From an uncultured Gammaproteobacteria bacterium (GTDB lineage Bacteria > Patescibacteriota > Microgenomatia > UBA10105 > UBA927), in contig CAYGFH010000005.1 in the NCBI GenBank assembly GCA_964349125.1, positions 38,211-98,735 of the forward strand: DNA of 60,525 bases, in the 5' to 3' direction. Below are positions 57,327 to 60,525 of this stretch, piece by piece (positions within the stretch are counted from its first letter, which is position 1; each line of letters opens with the position of its first letter). A model generated the notes under the pieces. The model was not told the origin of the DNA, made no database searches, and was given only the letters and a program-made list of their open reading frames with translations. The translations under genes were made by a program, and so were the position numbers.

Positions 57327-60300
57327 ATGAACCGAATAACGCATATGATGATTCGACTTGGCATGATGCCTGTGTTCGTGCTGCTATTACTCATTATCGT
57401 GGGGAGTATTGTTCACACGATTTGGGGTGGGGCATTTCAGGCTATATCACGTACAAAATCATCTTTGACATCTAAGAATCATCCCTCAAATACCTATGAA
57501 GTAACCACTGTCGACAAAACAACTCTTGAGAAAAGTTCGTTTTCCGGACCGTTTATCGTATCAATTCTCAGAAAAGATGGATCTTTTTCCTATGCTGTTG
57601 TCCTGTCTGCAGATTTAATTGGAGATGCATTCCTCGGAGATATCACGGTTCAATTCCCCAACGGAGACATGGGTGAGGTGACCGAGAGTAGTGGAAATGT
57701 CGAGCTATTTCTCACGAAAAAAGGTAACCGTGAGTCTGTTACTATAGTAGATCGGTTACTATCCGGAATTGTATTGCCTGATGATTCGATATTGCCGGTA
57801 AAGTTTAAAGATGCAACAATTCGTGATGGTAGGCTCGTTGGAAATTTTCAGTTATATGCGTTCGCAGATAAAAAGAAAGTAATCGGGAATTTCTCTTCAC
57901 GGGGCGATCTGTTGAGTCTACAAGTTACACCCAGCCTCGCAACGCTTGATTCAACATCTTTATTAGTTACCCGTGAGTTATTAAAGCTGATTTATGCCCG
58001 TTCAAGCGAATCAGAGCAAAACGTATTGGGTATTACTTCGGAAAATGCCACTGTAATCGGATCGGATTCGACACAAATTAGCATAGGATCTATTTCGTCG
58101 TCAATTGTGGCGCGTAGGGATGATGAAGAAGGTACCGTACGACTTTTTCAGCAGGCGCTTCCGGGTATTTCACAATCCGTAGCAATAGAGAGCTTAACAC
58201 CCGGACTTGAAGTCATTCAAAACAACGGAGTTACACAAATCCGTATCACAGCTCTTGATGCAATAACCGTAGCGGGTGGAATAGGCGCGACAGGTGCTTC
58301 CGGTATTGCCGGAGCAACCGGAGAGCGAGGGCCGGCCGGAGAGGATGGAGCAGATGGTTCTGGTTCAGGAGGAAGTTCGAGTGGCACAACAGGTGTATCC
58401 GGTCCGACAGGGGAAACTGGCGCAACAGGAGTAGCTGGCGCATCAGGTCCAACTGGTGCAAGCGGAATTCAGGGAGCTACAGGTATGACTGGTTCGACGG
58501 GAATTCAGGGAACATCCGGTCCAACCGGTGGCACAGGCACAAATGGTCCGACGGGCGCTACGGGTGCAACAGGTCTGGCTGGTATTGCGGGAGCGACTGG
58601 CGCTTCAGGAATCACCGGTCCATCTGGCTCAACTGGTGCGCAAGGTGCTACAGGAGTGTCAGGCGCAACGGGGGCTTCCGGATCGATCGGTATAACGGGA
58701 CCGACAGGATCCACGGGGACAACTGGCATCACAGGTGTATCAGGTGCCACCGGATCGACAGGTGAAATTGGCAGTTCGGGGCCAACAGGCGCTACAGGAA
58801 GCACGGGTACAAATGGTGTTCAAGGCCCGACGGGAAGTACAGGATCAACGGGTGTTGAGGGGCCTACCGGATCGTCCGGCAGTACCGGAGTCTTGGGTCC
58901 TACCGGAGCGACGGGGGGCACCGGTATTGCAGGTGGCGGTGGGTATGGCCCGACGGGATCAACAGGCGCAACAGGAACTCAAGGTACTGCAGGGGCAACA
59001 GGATCAACGGGAGATGTGGGCCCGACAGGAAGCTCAGGAGCCACAGGGTCAACCGGTATACAGGGCCCGACAGGGATGACGGGAACAACGGGAATAAATG
59101 GTCCGACGGGTGCAACGGGTGGCACAGGTGTCGCCGGTGGTGGCGGTATGGGTCCGACGGGCAGTACTGGTGCATCTGGACAGGGTGGTGTGACAGGATC
59201 GACAGGAGTTATCGGAGAGACAGGGCCGACAGGATCGACCGGATCAAGTGGTGTTGCAGGTCCGACAGGGAGCACAGGATCTACCGGTTTGGCGGGTACA
59301 AGTGGTCCGACAGGCAGTACTGGTGCATCGGGACTGGGTGGCGTGACGGGAGCGACGGGAGTTATAGGAGAGACAGGGCCTACAGGATCGACCGGATCAA
59401 GCGGTGTTGCCGGGCCAACAGGAAGTACGGGATCTACAGGTTTGGCTGGTACAAGTGGTCCGACGGGTGCCACAGGGTCAACCGGTACTGTCGGCGCATC
59501 AGGGCCGACGGGAGCAACAGGTGCAACCGGCGGGATAGGAGAAACAGGCCCGACAGGCAGTACGGGCGCAACAGGAAGTATCGGGGCATCGGGTCCGACC
59601 GGTACGACGGGGACCACCGGAGCAAACGGCCCGACGGGAGCAACGGGAGGCACGGGAATAGCAGGTGGCGGCGGATACGGTCCGACAGGCGCAACGGGAG
59701 GTACAGGTACAGAAGGTGTACAAGGCGTCACGGGAGCTACCGGCTCAACAGGGTCCGTAGGTTCCAACGGTCCGACCGGAGATACAGGATCAACCGGTAC
59801 TCAGGGTCCGACCGGTACCACGGGGACCACAGGGACAAACGGCCCGACGGGAGCAACGGGTGGTACAGGAATAGCAGGCGGCGGAGGAATGGGGCCCACA
59901 GGGTCTACAGGCACGACAGGAGTCGCAGGTCCTACAGGATCCACGGGAGCAACAGGTATTGATGGATCCTCAGGTCCGACGGGATCATCAGGAGCTACTG
60001 GTGGTACTGGGGCAGTCGGTATAAGTGGTCCGACAGGAAATACAGGCGCAACGGGTACAAATGGTGTTCAGGGACCGACCGGTGCAACCGGTCCGACAGG
60101 TCAGACTAACGGTCCTACAGGCTCAACAGGAGGCACCGGGTCGGCAGGAGAAACGGGACCGACTGGAGCCACGGGTGGAACGGGTGCAATTGGAACCACG
60201 GGTCCAACTGGCGCTACAGGAGCTTCAGGTGTAATTGGACAGACAGGGCCTACAGGTGCCTCCGGAGCGACAGGATCAGTCGGAGTAACAGGTCCAACGG

Positions 60301-60525
60301 GAGCAACGGGTGGTACAGGCTCAGTAGGAATCACGGGTCCATCGGGAGCAACAGGCTCCTCTGGGGCTATTGGACAGACAGGGCCTACGGGTGCCTCTGG
60401 AGCTACAGGATCAGTTGGGTTGACAGGTCCGACAGGAGCAACAGGCTCCACGGGTTCAATAGGAATTACCGGTCCAACGGGAGCAACGGGTGGTACAGGC
60501 TCAGTAGGAATCACGGGTCCATCGG
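57327..60525 (+). CDS. Giant collagen-like (G-X-T) surface protein, 3'-truncated by the window end (>1066 aa)
   Basis: Manually translated open frame from ATG 57327 (signal/[16 protein letters not shown]) into G-X-T/S triplets from ~58284 to the window end; absent from the ORF track because no stop is present. Confidence 0.92.
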   Translation, partial: MNRITHMMIRLGMMPVFVLLLLIIVGSIVHTIWGGAFQAISRTKSSLTSKNHPSNTYEVTTVDKTTLEKSSFSGPFIVSILRKDGSFSYAVVLSADLIGDAFLGDITVQFPNGDMGEVTESSGNVELFLTKKGNRESVTIVDRLLSGIVLPDDSILPVKFKDATIRDGRLVGNFQLYAFADKKKVIGNFSSRGDLLSLQVTPSLATLDSTSLLVTRELLKLIYARSSESEQNVLGITSENATVIGSDSTQISIGSISSSIVARRDDEEGTVRLFQQALPGISQSVAIESLTPGLEVIQNNGVTQIRITALDAITVAGGIGATGASGIAGATGERGPAGEDGADGSGSGGSSSGTTGVSGPTGETGATGVAGASGPTGASGIQGATGMTGSTGIQGTSGPTGGTGTNGPTGATGATGLAGIAGATGASGITGPSGSTGAQGATGVSGATGASGSIGITGPTGSTGTTGITGVSGATGSTGEIGSSGPTGATGSTGTNGVQGPTGSTGSTGVEGPTGSSGSTGVLGPTGATGGTGIAGGGGYGPTGSTGATGTQGTAGATGSTGDVGPTGSSGATGSTGIQGPTGMTGTTGINGPTGATGGTGVAGGGGMGPTGSTGASGQGGVTGSTGVIGETGPTGSTGSSGVAGPTGSTGSTGLAGTSGPTGSTGASGLGGVTGATGVIGETGPTGSTGSSGVAGPTGSTGSTGLAGTSGPTGATGSTGTVGASGPTGATGATGGIGETGPTGSTGATGSIGASGPTGTTGTTGANGPTGATGGTGIAGGGGYGPTGATGGTGTEGVQGVTGATGSTGSVGSNGPTGDTGSTGTQGPTGTTGTTGTNGPTGATGGTGIAGGGGMGPTGSTGTTGVAGPTGSTGATGIDGSSGPTGSSGATGGTGAVGISGPTGNTGATGTNGVQGPTGATGPTGQTNGPTGSTGGTGSAGETGPTGATGGTGAIGTTGPTGATGASGVIGQTGPTGASGATGSVGVTGPTGATGGTGSVGITGPSGATGSSGAIGQTGPTGASGATGSVGLTGPTGATGSTGSIGITGPTGATGGTGSVGITGPS

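Noticed and set aside
58246-60514. Pro/Val-rich minus-strand ORFs listed in the ORF track
   Set aside because: They are antisense shadows of the plus-strand collagen G-X-T repeats.
1-60525. Alternative genetic code (TGA or TAA reassignment)
   Set aside because: Long genes are intact under code 11, and conserved genes end at expected positions with TAA, TAG and TGA.

Overview
This is a chromosomal segment with the gene content and style of a Patescibacteria (CPR, Microgenomates-like) bacterium. That assignment is an inference from the sortase, PEGA protein, PaaX/Cas2-like regulator, leaderless starts and REP-like palindromes. Core or typical genes (sortase, M16 peptidase, ndk, maf, tRNA-Arg/Pro, mreB, WecB/TagA, GT2/GT4s, glgA) alternate with accessory blocks. 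The most unusual part is 11.7-29.5 kb. It holds two atypical tRNA genes: a well-formed Trp-like tRNA with anticodon UUA (ochre-suppressor type) and a degenerate tRNA(CAC). Each is followed by a structured hairpin, and the pair is bracketed by direct repeats. These tRNAs lie between two divergent gene clusters, each preceded by a similar leader peptide with classical attenuator architecture (A:B, B:C and C:D-terminator pairings). The left cluster encodes a Nudix-RelA/SpoT-like fusion, a second Nudix protein and a large flavoprotein. The right cluster encodes a guanylate-kinase-like protein, a PRTase-TrpF-HAD fusion and a 2-hydroxyacid dehydrogenase. The window ends inside a very long G-X-T collagen-like surface protein that the ORF track missed. 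All domain calls come from motifs read by eye; no database searches were run.
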